From Clostridia bacterium (lineage in GTDB: Bacteria; Bacillota; Clostridia; UMGS1810): a DNA stretch of 64,000 nucleotides. This document shows positions 36,028 to 46,517 of the stretch, in pieces; the stretch's first letter is position 1; each line of letters starts with the position of its first letter. Under the pieces are notes generated by a model. The model made no database searches. It saw only the letters and a program-made list of their open reading frames with translations, and was not told the origin of the DNA. The DNA is taken from assembly GCA_045544515.1 (NCBI GenBank), contig JAZPZD010000015.1:32557-96556 (forward strand), read 5' to 3'. Made by a program: the position numbers and the translations under genes.

Positions 36028-36582
36028 TTATTCCTTTATGCTTCCGTCGGGGTTAAATAGCGGAAGCTTTTCAAGATAAATTATATCATCTCTGTCGGCA
36101 GCCTCGCCCTCTGCGAGAATTGCCATCTTGCCCACGATATTTGCCCCTGCCTTTTCTGCAAGAAGCTCCAGACATTTTAAAGATTCGCCTGTGCTTATTA
36201 CATCGTCTACTATAAGAACTCTCTTGCCTTTCAAAGCCTCGGCAGCATCGCCGTCGAGATAGAGCACCTGCGGATGTGCGGTTGTAATGGAATTTACCTC
36301 GGCACTTATTACATCGTGCATATACACCTTGGTTCCTTTTCTGGCAATTATGTAGTTGTCATCGGCGCATTGTCTTGCCATTTCGTAAATAAGCGGTATG
36401 CTCTTGCACTCTGCGGTAAAAAGTATATCATATTCGGGTGCACGCTCCAAAAGAGCCTTGGCAGATGCCTTGGTAATTTCCACATCGCCAAAAAGTATAA
36501 AAGCTGCTATATATAACTCGTCTGCAACCTTGCACAAAGGCAAATAGCGGTTGAGTCCTGCTATATTCATTTTGTATTCCAT
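36028..36582 (-). CDS. type I phosphoribosyltransferase family protein (adenine/xanthine PRT-like)
   Basis: PRPP loop VLIVDDVISTGESL, 184 aa, GGAGGG RBS. Confidence 0.75.
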   Translation of the reverse strand: MEYKMNIAGLNRYLPLCKVADELYIAAFILFGDVEITKASAKALLERAPEYDILFTAECKSIPLIYEMARQCADDNYIIARKGTKVYMHDVISAEVNSITTAHPQVLYLDGDAAEALKGKRVLIVDDVISTGESLKCLELLAEKAGANIVGKMAILAEGEAADRDDIIYLEKLPLFNPDGSIKE

Positions 36583-36638
36583 AATAATCCCTCCAAGATT
36601 AATTTTAATACCAAAGTTTTAAAAAATCAATAGCAAAA

Positions 36639-37766
36639 TCAGAAAAAGAGCCAAGATGTGCTGTTATCCGTAATCAAGGTGTCAAGTCCGTAAAGATAGA
36701 GAATTTTGTTTATGTTCTTTTCATTTATCAGTTTTTTTGCCGAATTTCTGTAATATCTGGTATCTATCATATATATGTTTCTGTAATTGTGTGACAAAAA
36801 CGGTGCCATATTCTGTGCATAGGAATCTCTTATTACAAGCAGATTGCCGCCGTATGAACGAGGGTTGTGTATGTGCACATAGCTGTGGTTTCCGTCAAGA
36901 AACACAGGGTACTTGTCCTTGTTTTTAAGATGCTCTTTAAAAAACACACTATCCGCCGTTTTGCTGTCCTTTTCCTCCAGAGTAACCGTTACACTGTTGC
37001 CGGTACTCCACAGCTCTATGTTGTCCGGCTGTGCAAGGAAGTATCCGCTGCCCGAATATGTTGTTCCGTAAAAATCTCCGTAGGTTTCCACCGTGTAGTC
37101 AGCTTTTAACGGATATTGCATATCATTAAACTCGCAATATGCCTTGTACACCTCATAGCTTCCCTGCGATGTAAGGTGATGGTCTGTGCGGTAGTAAACG
37201 CCCTTGCCCTCGGTGTACGCGTCAAAGAGTACCTTTCTCGTATCCAAAAAGCTTATATCGGGGGTAAGAGAATTTGCTCTTTCAAAGAGTTCATCATCAA
37301 AATACTCTTTGGAAAAACGAGGGAGCTTGTCATCCATTATATATCCTGCCGTCGGGATAATCAGAAGAGTAGAATCTACCCTTACGCTCTCTGTAAACTT
37401 CTGGAAATTTTTCACATTGTTTTCAAAATTGCCGTCGGTATCTTCCTTTGGTGCATTGATAAGATATCCGCCGTCGGCATAATAAATGTCCGAAAGGGCG
37501 TTTTTGCCCATAAGTTTAGAAAAGTAGGCATCCACCCCAACGAAGAAATTCCTTCCTGATATGTGGTCTGCCGCATATTTTTCCAAATCCGACTGAAAAG
37601 TGCCCGAGGCGATACTCTTCCACGAAAATTCGGGAAACTCGGCGAGCACTCTCTTTTCGTTTTCGGAGTAGGTTTTGCCATCCAGGAATGTAAAAAGCGA
37701 CATAATAGCAAGCATACCTATAAACAAAAACGGCAATATGAACTTTAATATATTTGGTTTTTGCAT
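36639..37766 (-). CDS. DHHW-family protein (AlgJ/AlgX/PatB-like accessory of MBOAT O-acetyltransferases)
   Basis: N-terminal TM helix, YYRTDHHLTSQG motif, immediately downstream of the MBOAT gene. Confidence 0.7.
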   Translation of the reverse strand: MQKPNILKFILPFLFIGMLAIMSLFTFLDGKTYSENEKRVLAEFPEFSWKSIASGTFQSDLEKYAADHISGRNFFVGVDAYFSKLMGKNALSDIYYADGGYLINAPKEDTDGNFENNVKNFQKFTESVRVDSTLLIIPTAGYIMDDKLPRFSKEYFDDELFERANSLTPDISFLDTRKVLFDAYTEGKGVYYRTDHHLTSQGSYEVYKAYCEFNDMQYPLKADYTVETYGDFYGTTYSGSGYFLAQPDNIELWSTGNSVTVTLEEKDSKTADSVFFKEHLKNKDKYPVFLDGNHSYVHIHNPRSYGGNLLVIRDSYAQNMAPFLSHNYRNIYMIDTRYYRNSAKKLINEKNINKILYLYGLDTLITDNSTSWLFF

Positions 37767-37775
37767 ATTAATACC

Positions 37776-39155
37776 TCAAAATCGAAAATATAAAAACGGA
37801 TTGTAGCTCTCTGTAACAAGGCTTGCCACACAAATCACAAATCCCACAATACAGAGGATAATTTCTATAATACCTGACTTGTGCTTGACCCGCAGAGTAC
37901 CAAACAGAGCCGCACCCAAGGGCGTTGCACTGATTATTCCTACTGCAAAGGTAAAGAGCCATGGCATAAAGTTAAATTGCAGAGAACCGCTTGGCGTAAA
38001 CATCACCTTGAGATAAGAAAATGCGTCCGCAAATGTGGGACTTGCAAAGAAAATCCACCCCACAACCACTATCAGAAGAGTGTATATATGGCAAATTATC
38101 TTTGGCACTACGGTAAGCAGCTTTCCGACAAAGAGCTTTTCCAAAACGAGCAAAACACCGTAATACACGCCCCACATAACAAAGTTCCACCCTGCACCGT
38201 GCCACAGCCCTGTAAGTGCCCAGACGATGAGGATATTTACTATCTGCCTCAAAATCCCTCTTCTGTTACCGCCGAGGGGAATGTATACATAGTCCTTGAA
38301 CCATGTGCTAAGAGAAATATGCCATCTTCTCCAGAATTCTGTGATACTTCTTGAAATATACGGATAGCTGAAGTTGATGCAAAAGTCGAACCCAAGCATT
38401 TTGCCAAGGCCGCGTGCCATATCGGAATATCCTGCAAAGTCAAAATAAATCTGCAGAGTATATGCAAAAGCACCAATCCACGCACCCAATGTGCCAAATT
38501 CGGCAACAGATGCACAAATCTCATTCCATATCAGACCAAACTGATTGGCAAGAAGGACCTTTTTGGCAAGACCTATAACAAAGAGCTTGACGCCGTTGGA
38601 AAACATCACATAAGATACATGGCGCTCTTTTATCTTTCGCTCAACATCACTGTAACGGACAATGGGTCCCGCAATAAGCTGGGGAAAGAGCGAAATATAT
38701 GCACCAAAATCCACAAGGCTCTTTGAGCTTCGGCAGTCGCCTCTGTATACATCTATCACATAGCTCATAGCCTGGAATGTATAGAACGATATTCCTATGG
38801 GAAGCTCGATGTTTATACCCGAGAGATTTTTAAACCATGGAATGATGCGAAGTGTATCGGCAATGAGCATTGTGTATTTAAAAAAGCCCAGTGCTCCGAT
38901 ATTAAGCAAAATACATAGTGCAAGCATCATCTTGCGTTTGCGGTAGTCCGAGGTTTTGTCTATATACTTTGCCAGATAATAGTTTACTGCGATAGAAGCT
39001 ATCATCAAAAGTACATATACAGGCTCGCCGTACGCATAAAATATTAAGTTTGCCGCAAGAAGAAAAAGATTTCTGAACTTGGGCGGCAAAATGAAGTTTA
39101 CAATCACTACTGTCGGCAAAAACAACAGCAAAAAGACAAGACTTGAAAATACCAT
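37776..39155 (-). CDS. MBOAT-family membrane O-acyltransferase (AlgI/DltB/PatA-like)
   Basis: Start MVFSSLVFLLLFLP. Contains ...FWRRWHISLSTWFKDYVYIPLGGNR... and a conserved His region. Multi-TM. Confidence 0.9.
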   Translation of the reverse strand: MVFSSLVFLLLFLPTVVIVNFILPPKFRNLFLLAANLIFYAYGEPVYVLLMIASIAVNYYLAKYIDKTSDYRKRKMMLALCILLNIGALGFFKYTMLIADTLRIIPWFKNLSGINIELPIGISFYTFQAMSYVIDVYRGDCRSSKSLVDFGAYISLFPQLIAGPIVRYSDVERKIKERHVSYVMFSNGVKLFVIGLAKKVLLANQFGLIWNEICASVAEFGTLGAWIGAFAYTLQIYFDFAGYSDMARGLGKMLGFDFCINFSYPYISRSITEFWRRWHISLSTWFKDYVYIPLGGNRRGILRQIVNILIVWALTGLWHGAGWNFVMWGVYYGVLLVLEKLFVGKLLTVVPKIICHIYTLLIVVVGWIFFASPTFADAFSYLKVMFTPSGSLQFNFMPWLFTFAVGIISATPLGAALFGTLRVKHKSGIIEIILCIVGFVICVASLVTESYNPFLYFRF

Positions 39156-39221
39156 ATAAATCTCCAAAGTAACGAAAGTTGCCGGCATTGACAAATAATA
39201 AATGCGGACAACTTTGTTAGA

Positions 39222-39806
39222 TTATTTTATATATTTACTGTAAATACCCTTGATTTTTTCACAATCGGGCGAAAGGAAGAGAGCCACAAAATTTCCGTTT
39301 CTTTCTACCTTGCATTTTTGAGCGAGGGCATAGTTGTGTGCATCATAGCCCTTGGACTGCTGGGTAAAGGCATCGAGCTTGGTTTCAAAAAGCTCCGCCA
39401 CTTCAGAGGCTGCCTCCTCCGATACTGCCTGTATCATAATTATTTCGTGGGGAAAGGTGCCCGCCATTACCACAAAGCCTGCCGCCTGCGATATATCCGC
39501 GGTATCTACACCGTATATTGCAGATGCCGAGTCAGCATCGAGCGGTGCGGCATCTTCGGCACCTATGGAAGATATGATTTCGTCGCGTATATCTTCGAGA
39601 GATTTTGAAGTTTGTTCTTCCGGCTCTTTTGCATCAGCGGTGTCGTCTTTGATTTCGTCTGACGGCTTATCATCTTTGCTGCCGCCGTATACAACGACCT
39701 TGTCGGATATATCTTCTATCTCGCGGTTGGCTTGCTTTTCGGTGCATGATGTAAACAAAAGGCATACCAACAGCAAAACTGTAATAACAGAAAACGCTCT
39801 TTTCAT
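39222..39806 (-). CDS. DUF4358-like lipoprotein
   Basis: Lipobox LLFTSC, an acidic linker, and a C-terminal ...GFVVMAGTFPHEIIMIQA... pattern. A common neighbour of MBOAT/DHHW pairs. Confidence 0.6.
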   Translation of the reverse strand: MKRAFSVITVLLLVCLLFTSCTEKQANREIEDISDKVVVYGGSKDDKPSDEIKDDTADAKEPEEQTSKSLEDIRDEIISSIGAEDAAPLDADSASAIYGVDTADISQAAGFVVMAGTFPHEIIMIQAVSEEAASEVAELFETKLDAFTQQSKGYDAHNYALAQKCKVERNGNFVALFLSPDCEKIKGIYSKYIK

Positions 39807-39822
39807 CTTACTATCCTCTCAA

Positions 39823-41241
39823 TCATATTCTGGGTGCATGAGTTTTGAGATATTCCACCCACGCCTTGTCTGCTTCAAAATTAAAGTGAATACCCATATC
39901 CTTGGGGTCACTGCAATATTCTTTCTTTAAATATCCCTCTTTGTCGGACACAGCCTGTGCCGAATTTACATAGTACCAGCCGTATCTGTTGCACATTTCG
40001 AGGAGCTTTGAATTATAGTCATATATGATATTGTTATTTAATGTGGGCTTGTATATGGGGCTGTCCTTTGTCATAGGTGTAACAGACTGGATGATAATCT
40101 GTGCATCAGGGGATTTTTCAAGGATTTTCCATATGAGGTTTTCCATATCCCTTACACATTCATCAAAGCCAAACCCAAGGCTGTTTATGCCAAGCATAAC
40201 ATACACCTTTTTGGCACCGCATTTTTTAACCGCGTCCTCTACGGTAAGCTTTTCGCCTTTGTATACGGGGTGCTTGGACTCATTGGTAACTGCCCAGTGT
40301 GCGTTCAACGGGCTAAGACTTCCTGCACAGAGGAATGTAGCCTTGCCAAGAGCCTTGCTCGATGCACAATAGAACTGCAACGACATAGAAACAGAGTCGC
40401 CTACAAAGGCGGCATCGTCAAAGTAAGATACATCTACAGTCTTGCCCTCACTCACATACGCCTCAAAATCGCCGTCGGGTGTGGGGAGTCTGTCGCTCTT
40501 GCTGCCCTTGATATATTCTATATAATAAGGTGTGTATGCACCGTATTGTGTACTTACAAATTCCCTGCCGTAAGGGGCACTTTTCAAAGTGAATATTTTA
40601 TACACCATCGACGCAAGTTCGCCTCGTGTAACGCTGTCAAAGGGTTTGAAATAATTGTTTCCGTCGCCCTCTATGATACCTGCAAGTTTTGCCGATACAA
40701 CATAGGAACGGGCATACCTCGAAACTGTAAGAGAATCGTTAAACGGCTTTGCATCGCCTATGACAGACGGTTTTATATCCATATATTCCAGAAAACGCAC
40801 AACTATTGTGCAAAGCTGCTCCTTGGTGGCTTTTTCAAGCGGTTTAAAAAACTGTTTGTCTGCACCTTTTACAATACCATTGGCATACGCCCAGGATATC
40901 GGGGTGTGATATGTATAGTCTTTTGGCACATCATCAAACGGAATTTCGTCCGAAACAGATACATCCTTGCCCATTGTCCTGGCAAGATTATAAAGATAAA
41001 GGACAATGTCCCGCCTTTTGGCACTCTCATCTCCCCGAAAATCGCTCTCGCCCGGTATAACCGAGTTTTTGTATAGTGTTGTAACCTCATCATAGAACCA
41101 ATCATCTTTGTCTATATCGGTAAAGACTGTGTATACCATTTCGCAGTTACCTTCGTCAGATTTTATGAAATTGCAGGATAATATCATTGTAAACACAATA
41201 CAAATTGTCACAATTACTTTGAGAAAAAGCTCTTTTCTCAC
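39823..41241 (-). CDS. SLH-domain protein with C-terminal SGNH/GDSL hydrolase (acetyl-esterase/transferase) domain
   Basis: Three SLH repeats (FTDIDKDDWFYDEV / FDDVPKDYTYHTPISWAY / FNDSLTVSRYARSYV) followed by the FVGDSVS (GDS) block. Confidence 0.8.
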   Translation of the reverse strand: MRKELFLKVIVTICIVFTMILSCNFIKSDEGNCEMVYTVFTDIDKDDWFYDEVTTLYKNSVIPGESDFRGDESAKRRDIVLYLYNLARTMGKDVSVSDEIPFDDVPKDYTYHTPISWAYANGIVKGADKQFFKPLEKATKEQLCTIVVRFLEYMDIKPSVIGDAKPFNDSLTVSRYARSYVVSAKLAGIIEGDGNNYFKPFDSVTRGELASMVYKIFTLKSAPYGREFVSTQYGAYTPYYIEYIKGSKSDRLPTPDGDFEAYVSEGKTVDVSYFDDAAFVGDSVSMSLQFYCASSKALGKATFLCAGSLSPLNAHWAVTNESKHPVYKGEKLTVEDAVKKCGAKKVYVMLGINSLGFGFDECVRDMENLIWKILEKSPDAQIIIQSVTPMTKDSPIYKPTLNNNIIYDYNSKLLEMCNRYGWYYVNSAQAVSDKEGYLKKEYCSDPKDMGIHFNFEADKAWVEYLKTHAPRI

Positions 41242-41420
41242 TATAAATCACCATTTTTCTAATAAATTCGCAACTATATTATTGTATCATAACGCACATA
41301 CGGTGTCAATGAATAATACGACAAATTTCGAACAAATTACAAAGAATTCTTGCTGATACAAGTAACATATTGCAAAGCTCAAACATAGTATAAAACAAAC
41401 CGTAGAAAAGTGGTGTACTG

Positions 41421-42203
41421 ATGTTATCTGTAGTATTAAACGGTATGTTTTTGCCATTGATAGGAACTACTGTGGGCTCTATGTGCGTGTTTTTTATAAA
41501 AGATACCTTGTCAAAGAAAATCGAACGCTCTCTTCTGGGATTTGCGGGAGGCGTGATGATTGCCGCATCTGTGTGGAGCCTCATTATACCGTCTATTGAG
41601 TCAAGTGAGCATTTGGGATTTTTCTCCTTTGTGCCTGCTGTAGCGGGATTTTGGATTGGGGTAATCTTTCTTCTTGCTGTAGACAGATTTATACCTGTGA
41701 TATATAACAATTCCGAAAATACCGACGGCAAAAGAGGCTCTTTTGAAAAGACCTATATGCTCATTTTTGCAGTTGTGCTGCACAACCTGCCCGAGGGTAT
41801 GGCGGTGGGTGTGGTTATCTCTGCGTTTTTAAACGGAAACAGCGATATTTCGGCTGTTACGGTAATAACTCTGGCACTGGGTATTGCCATACAGAACTTT
41901 CCCGAGGGGAGCATCATCTCGATGCCTCTTGCCGCAAATGGTGTAAAAAAGAAAAAAGCCTTTCTGTACGGCTTTTTGTCGGGAGTTGTGGAGCCTGTGG
42001 GGTGCATTGCGACCATTGTTTTTGCCCATTTTGCAGCACCGATGCTTCCGTATCTGCTGTCTTTTGCGGCGGGGGCGATGGTGTTTGTGGTTATAAAAGA
42101 GCTCGTGCCCGAAATAATCGAAGAGGATAGTTACCGCATTGGCACAATTATGTTTACACTTGGTTTTACTCTTATGATGGCTCTTGATGTGGCTCTGGGA
42201 TAA
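41421..42203 (+). CDS. ZIP-family divalent metal transporter (ZupT/GufA-like)
   Basis: HNLPEGMAVGV and IQNFPEGSII motifs, 8 TM-like segments. Confidence 0.9.
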   Translation: MLSVVLNGMFLPLIGTTVGSMCVFFIKDTLSKKIERSLLGFAGGVMIAASVWSLIIPSIESSEHLGFFSFVPAVAGFWIGVIFLLAVDRFIPVIYNNSENTDGKRGSFEKTYMLIFAVVLHNLPEGMAVGVVISAFLNGNSDISAVTVITLALGIAIQNFPEGSIISMPLAANGVKKKKAFLYGFLSGVVEPVGCIATIVFAHFAAPMLPYLLSFAAGAMVFVVIKELVPEIIEEDSYRIGTIMFTLGFTLMMALDVALG

Positions 42204-42523
42204 TGAAGGTGCTGCAAAAATTTTGCAGCACCTCAGACTGTCGAAAAAGAACGCACCGCAAAGTGAATATAAAAAATCAATGCTCATTAGTAAGGAATAT
42301 TATAATAATTACTTATGAGCATTTTTTTATGTAGCTTTTGTCATAAATGCCAAAAGCTAATATTTTATACACTTTGCTTACTTCGTCATCGCTCATTGCC
42401 GTACTTTTGTACTGCCTGCTTCGCGCTTCCTCGTCTGCGTCCATTTTCGTTCGTCTCATCAGCGTGTCGACTTTATCGACACGCTGATGTGCTGCAAAAA
42501 ATTTTTTACAGCACCTTTTATAA

Positions 42524-43090
42524 TTATATGTTGTATCCCAAATCAAACGCCTTGAGATTAACCTCGAGGAATTTGGGGGGAACAGTGGTCTTTATTGTTT
42601 CTACCCATTTTTCATAAGCGATATCGGTGTTTTTCGCCATAACGCCGATAAGAACAACATTAACCGCCTTGATGTTGCCTGCCTCTTTGGCAAGAGAGAG
42701 AGCATCTATTACACTTATATCCAGCTTTTCGCTGATTTTCTGCTCGATATTTTCGGGGTACTTCATAGCACCTGTAATTACGGGCATAGGATTGATGTTT
42801 TGTCCGTTTGCAATGAGCTTGCCGCCTTCTTTGAGATACGGAATTGCTCTGTATGCCTCGAGCATTTCAAAGGCAAGAATAATATCTGCCTCGCCCTCAT
42901 CGATTATAGGCGAATAAACCTTGTCGCCGTACTTTACATAGGTTACCACGCTTCCGCCTCGCTGGCTCATACCGTGTACCTCGGAAACCTTTACATCGTA
43001 GCCTTCGTTTATTACTGTATTTCCTAAAATTCTGCTGGCAAGAAGAGTACCCTGACCGCCAACGCCTACTATCATAATATTTTTAGTCAT
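42524..43090 (-). CDS. iorB: indolepyruvate:ferredoxin oxidoreductase subunit beta
   Basis: MTKNIMIVGVGGQGTLLASRILG..., 188 aa, AGGAGG RBS, follows iorA. Confidence 0.85.
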   Translation of the reverse strand: MTKNIMIVGVGGQGTLLASRILGNTVINEGYDVKVSEVHGMSQRGGSVVTYVKYGDKVYSPIIDEGEADIILAFEMLEAYRAIPYLKEGGKLIANGQNINPMPVITGAMKYPENIEQKISEKLDISVIDALSLAKEAGNIKAVNVVLIGVMAKNTDIAYEKWVETIKTTVPPKFLEVNLKAFDLGYNI

Positions 43091-43103
43091 TTCTTTTGTC
43101 CTC

Positions 43104-44837
43104 CTACTCTTCTTTTTCTATTGCACCAAACGGGCAAACATTTACGCAAAGTCCGCAGCCGTTGCACTGGGTTGCATCTATTACAACTTTGTCATCTTTG
43201 ATGCTTATTGCAGGACAGCCAAGCTTCATACACATCTTGCAGTTTTTGCACTTGTCGGTAATAGTGCAGTGTCCTATATATTTTACACTCTTTAAAAGTG
43301 CGCAGGGTCTCTGGGCTATTATTACAGAGGGTTCTTCCCTTTCTACCTCGGTCTTTACAACCTTTTCAAATTCCTTTACATCAAAGGGGTCGCAAACTAC
43401 AACATGATCTATACCCACAGCCTTGCAAAGAGCAACGAGGTTAACCTGCTTGGTTTCTTCGCCTCTTATTGTGTAGCCTGTGGTGGGGTTATCCTGGTGG
43501 CCTGTCATACCTGTTATGGAGTTATCCAGGATTATTACGGTGTTATTGCCCTTGTTGTACACGATATCCACAAGACCTGTGATACCCGAATGCATAAAGG
43601 TGGAGTCGCCTATTACAGAAACGAGCTTTTTGTTAAACTCGCTGCCTCTCGCCTTTGCCATACCGTGAGCCGCACTTACAGATGCTCCCATACAGATGGT
43701 GGTATCAACCGACTGCAGAGGCGCTACTGCACCTAATGTGTAACAGCCTATATCGCCCGAAACCACAAGACCGAGCTTCTTTAGTACATAGAATGTTCCT
43801 CTGTGAGGGCATCCTGCACACATAACAGGCGGTCTTACGGGGATTGGCTCATCTATTGCGGCCTTGGAGGGTGCATCTTCATTAAGAACTGCCTTTTTAA
43901 TCATATTGGGGGTGTATTCGCCAAGGAGTGTAAACACATCTTTGCCTGTAACATCAAGACCGAGAGCTTTGCAGTGGTCCTCAATTACGGGGTCTAATTC
44001 TTCTATAACATATACCTTGTCATATTTGTTGGCAAAGTCTATAATCTTCTTTTCGGGCAGCGGATAAACCATACCGAGCTTCAAGAAGTCCGCCTTGTCG
44101 CCGAGGGCTTCTTTGGCATACATATATGCAACACCTGCTGTAATTACGCCAATCTTTGAGCCGTTTTCTTCTACACTGTTAAGGGGTGTGGTTTCTGCAA
44201 ATTCTTTTAACGCCTTTATTCTGTCTTCTACCACAACATGACGCTTGATAGCATTTGCAGGCATCATTACAAACTTGCCTATGTTCTTTTCGTAGTCCTT
44301 AACCTGTGCATCTTTTCTTTCGCCAAGTTCCACTAAACTCTGCGAGTGCGAAACTCTGGTGGAAAGACGGATAAATGCAGGTGTGTCAAACTCTTCCGAA
44401 AGTTCAAACGCCATACGGGTGTATTCCTTACATTCCATAGAGTCGGCAGGCTCGAGCATCATAATCTTCGATGCCTTGGCATAGTGTCTGGAATCCTGCT
44501 CGTTCTGTGACGAGTGCATACCGGGGTCGTCTGCAACACAAAATACAAGTCCGCCGTTTACACCTGTGTAGCTTACGGTAAACACGGGGTCTGCCATTAC
44601 ATTAAGACCTACATGCTTCATACAGCTCATAGCTCTTGCTCCGCCGATTGATGCACCTATTGCAACCTCTGCGGCAACCTTTTCGTTGGGTGACCACTCT
44701 GCATATATTTCTTCAAACTTTACTATTTCTTCTGTTATTTCTGTACTTGGAGTACCGGGATATGATGCAACAACATTTACCCCCGCCTCATACGCGCCTC
44801 GCGCTACGGCAGCGTTACCGAGTAACAATTTTTTCAT
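43104..44837 (-). CDS. iorA: indolepyruvate:ferredoxin oxidoreductase subunit alpha
   Basis: 577 aa. TPP-type 2-oxoacid:Fd oxidoreductase body (GDIGCYTLG, GDSTFMHSG) plus C-terminal 2x[4Fe-4S] motifs CKNCKMCMKLGCP / CNGCGLCVNVCP. Confidence 0.9.
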   Translation of the reverse strand: MKKLLLGNAAVARGAYEAGVNVVASYPGTPSTEITEEIVKFEEIYAEWSPNEKVAAEVAIGASIGGARAMSCMKHVGLNVMADPVFTVSYTGVNGGLVFCVADDPGMHSSQNEQDSRHYAKASKIMMLEPADSMECKEYTRMAFELSEEFDTPAFIRLSTRVSHSQSLVELGERKDAQVKDYEKNIGKFVMMPANAIKRHVVVEDRIKALKEFAETTPLNSVEENGSKIGVITAGVAYMYAKEALGDKADFLKLGMVYPLPEKKIIDFANKYDKVYVIEELDPVIEDHCKALGLDVTGKDVFTLLGEYTPNMIKKAVLNEDAPSKAAIDEPIPVRPPVMCAGCPHRGTFYVLKKLGLVVSGDIGCYTLGAVAPLQSVDTTICMGASVSAAHGMAKARGSEFNKKLVSVIGDSTFMHSGITGLVDIVYNKGNNTVIILDNSITGMTGHQDNPTTGYTIRGEETKQVNLVALCKAVGIDHVVVCDPFDVKEFEKVVKTEVEREEPSVIIAQRPCALLKSVKYIGHCTITDKCKNCKMCMKLGCPAISIKDDKVVIDATQCNGCGLCVNVCPFGAIEKEE

Positions 44838-44853
44838 ATAGCTTATCCTCTCT

Positions 44854-46491
44854 TTATTTTATTTCGTTCTGCTTTGCTACGACACTCTCGCCGCAGTAAA
44901 TCTGTCTTAACTTGGGTTTTTCTATCTTGCCTGTGGGGTTTCTGGGAACATCGGCAAAGATAACCTTGTGCGGTCTTTTGTATCTGGGCAGATCCATACA
45001 GAAATCTGTGATTTCTTCTTCTGTTAACTCTACCCCTTCTTTTGCCTGAATGATTGCCGCAGCAATTTCGCCAAGTCGTGCATCGGGAAGTCCTATTACG
45101 GCAACATCGCTTATTTTGTCGTGCTTTCTTAAAAAGTCCTCTATCTGTACGGGATACAGGTTTTCCCCGCCCGAGATGATAACATCTTTCTTGCGGTCTA
45201 CAAGGTAGATAAAGCCGTCTTCGTCTTCGGATGCCATATCTCCTGTAAAGAGCCAGCCGTCACAGAGCACCTCGTTTGTTGCCTTTTCGTCTTTGTAATA
45301 TGCAGTCATTACGCCGGGGCCTTTGACAGCAAGCTCGCCTACATCGCCTTTTTTGACTTCGTTTCTGTTTTCGTCAACTATTTTGGTCTGCCAGAGATAT
45401 CCCGGCTTGCCTATTGCACCTACCTTGTGCTCATTTTCCATACCCAAGTGCACACATCCGGGTCCGATAGACTCGGACAGTCCGTAGTTGGTGTCGTACA
45501 TATGATTTGGAAAGTAGGATTTCCATCTTCTTATAAGGCTGGGGGGAACAGGCTGTGCACCTATGTGCATAAGACGCCACATAGAAAGGTCATAGTCCGA
45601 AAGATTGATTTCTTCTCTTTCTATTGCATCCAATATATCCTGTGCCCATGGAACCAGAAGCCACACGATAGAGCATTTTTCATCGGACACTGCCTTCAAA
45701 ATCCACTCGGGCTTGATACCCTTTAAGAGCACCGCCTTGCCGCCTACCAGAAAGCTGCCGAACCAGTGCATCTTGGCTCCTGTGTGATACAGGGGCGGTA
45801 TGCAAAGGAACACATCGTCTTTGGTCTGTTTGTGGTGGTCCTGCTCTGTCATTGCCGCGTGGACAAGGCTCTGGTGTTTATGAATAATAGCCTTGGGGAA
45901 ACCCGTAGTTCCCGAAGAAAAATATATTGCGGCATAGTCGTCATCTGTAAGCTTGATTGCAGGGCTCTTTGACGAGCAGTACGCAACAAGCTCATCATAG
46001 CTCTCTGCAAATGTGGGGCAATCCTCTCCCAGATAAAGCCACATCTTGACACGCTTTACCTTCGAGCAAATCTGCTCTACTCTGCCTGTAAATTCGGGTC
46101 CGAAGATGATAGCATCGGCATCGGCAAGCTCCAGACAATATTTGATTTCGTCTGCGGCATATCTGTAATTAAGCGGTACCGCCATAGCACCTGTTTTGAG
46201 TATTCCGAAATATATAGGCAGCCACTCTATGCAGTTCATAAGAAGTATGGCAACCTTGTCGCCTTTTTTGATACCTCTTGTTAAAAGGAAGTTTGCAAAG
46301 CGGTTTGCCTGCTTATTAAACTCACTCCAGGTGATTTCCTTTCTGTACGCCTCTCTGGGGTTTGTTTCAATAAGTGAATACTCCCTCCAGGTCATTGGAG
46401 ACTGTTTTTCCAGTTTGGGATTTATCTCCACAAGGCTGACATCATTGGGATAAAAATCTGCGTTTTTTTGTAGAATTTCTGTAATAGGCAT
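44854..46491 (-). CDS. AMP-forming acyl-CoA ligase (FadD/4CL-like class I adenylating enzyme)
   Basis: YFSSGTTGFPKAIIHKH, YHTG, TGDMASEDEDGFIYLVDRKKDVIISGGENLYP, PRNPTGKI. Confidence 0.85.
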   Translation of the reverse strand: MPITEILQKNADFYPNDVSLVEINPKLEKQSPMTWREYSLIETNPREAYRKEITWSEFNKQANRFANFLLTRGIKKGDKVAILLMNCIEWLPIYFGILKTGAMAVPLNYRYAADEIKYCLELADADAIIFGPEFTGRVEQICSKVKRVKMWLYLGEDCPTFAESYDELVAYCSSKSPAIKLTDDDYAAIYFSSGTTGFPKAIIHKHQSLVHAAMTEQDHHKQTKDDVFLCIPPLYHTGAKMHWFGSFLVGGKAVLLKGIKPEWILKAVSDEKCSIVWLLVPWAQDILDAIEREEINLSDYDLSMWRLMHIGAQPVPPSLIRRWKSYFPNHMYDTNYGLSESIGPGCVHLGMENEHKVGAIGKPGYLWQTKIVDENRNEVKKGDVGELAVKGPGVMTAYYKDEKATNEVLCDGWLFTGDMASEDEDGFIYLVDRKKDVIISGGENLYPVQIEDFLRKHDKISDVAVIGLPDARLGEIAAAIIQAKEGVELTEEEITDFCMDLPRYKRPHKVIFADVPRNPTGKIEKPKLRQIYCGESVVAKQNEIK

Positions 46492-46517
46492 AAGTCTTTA
46501 TGTCCTTTCAAATTTAT

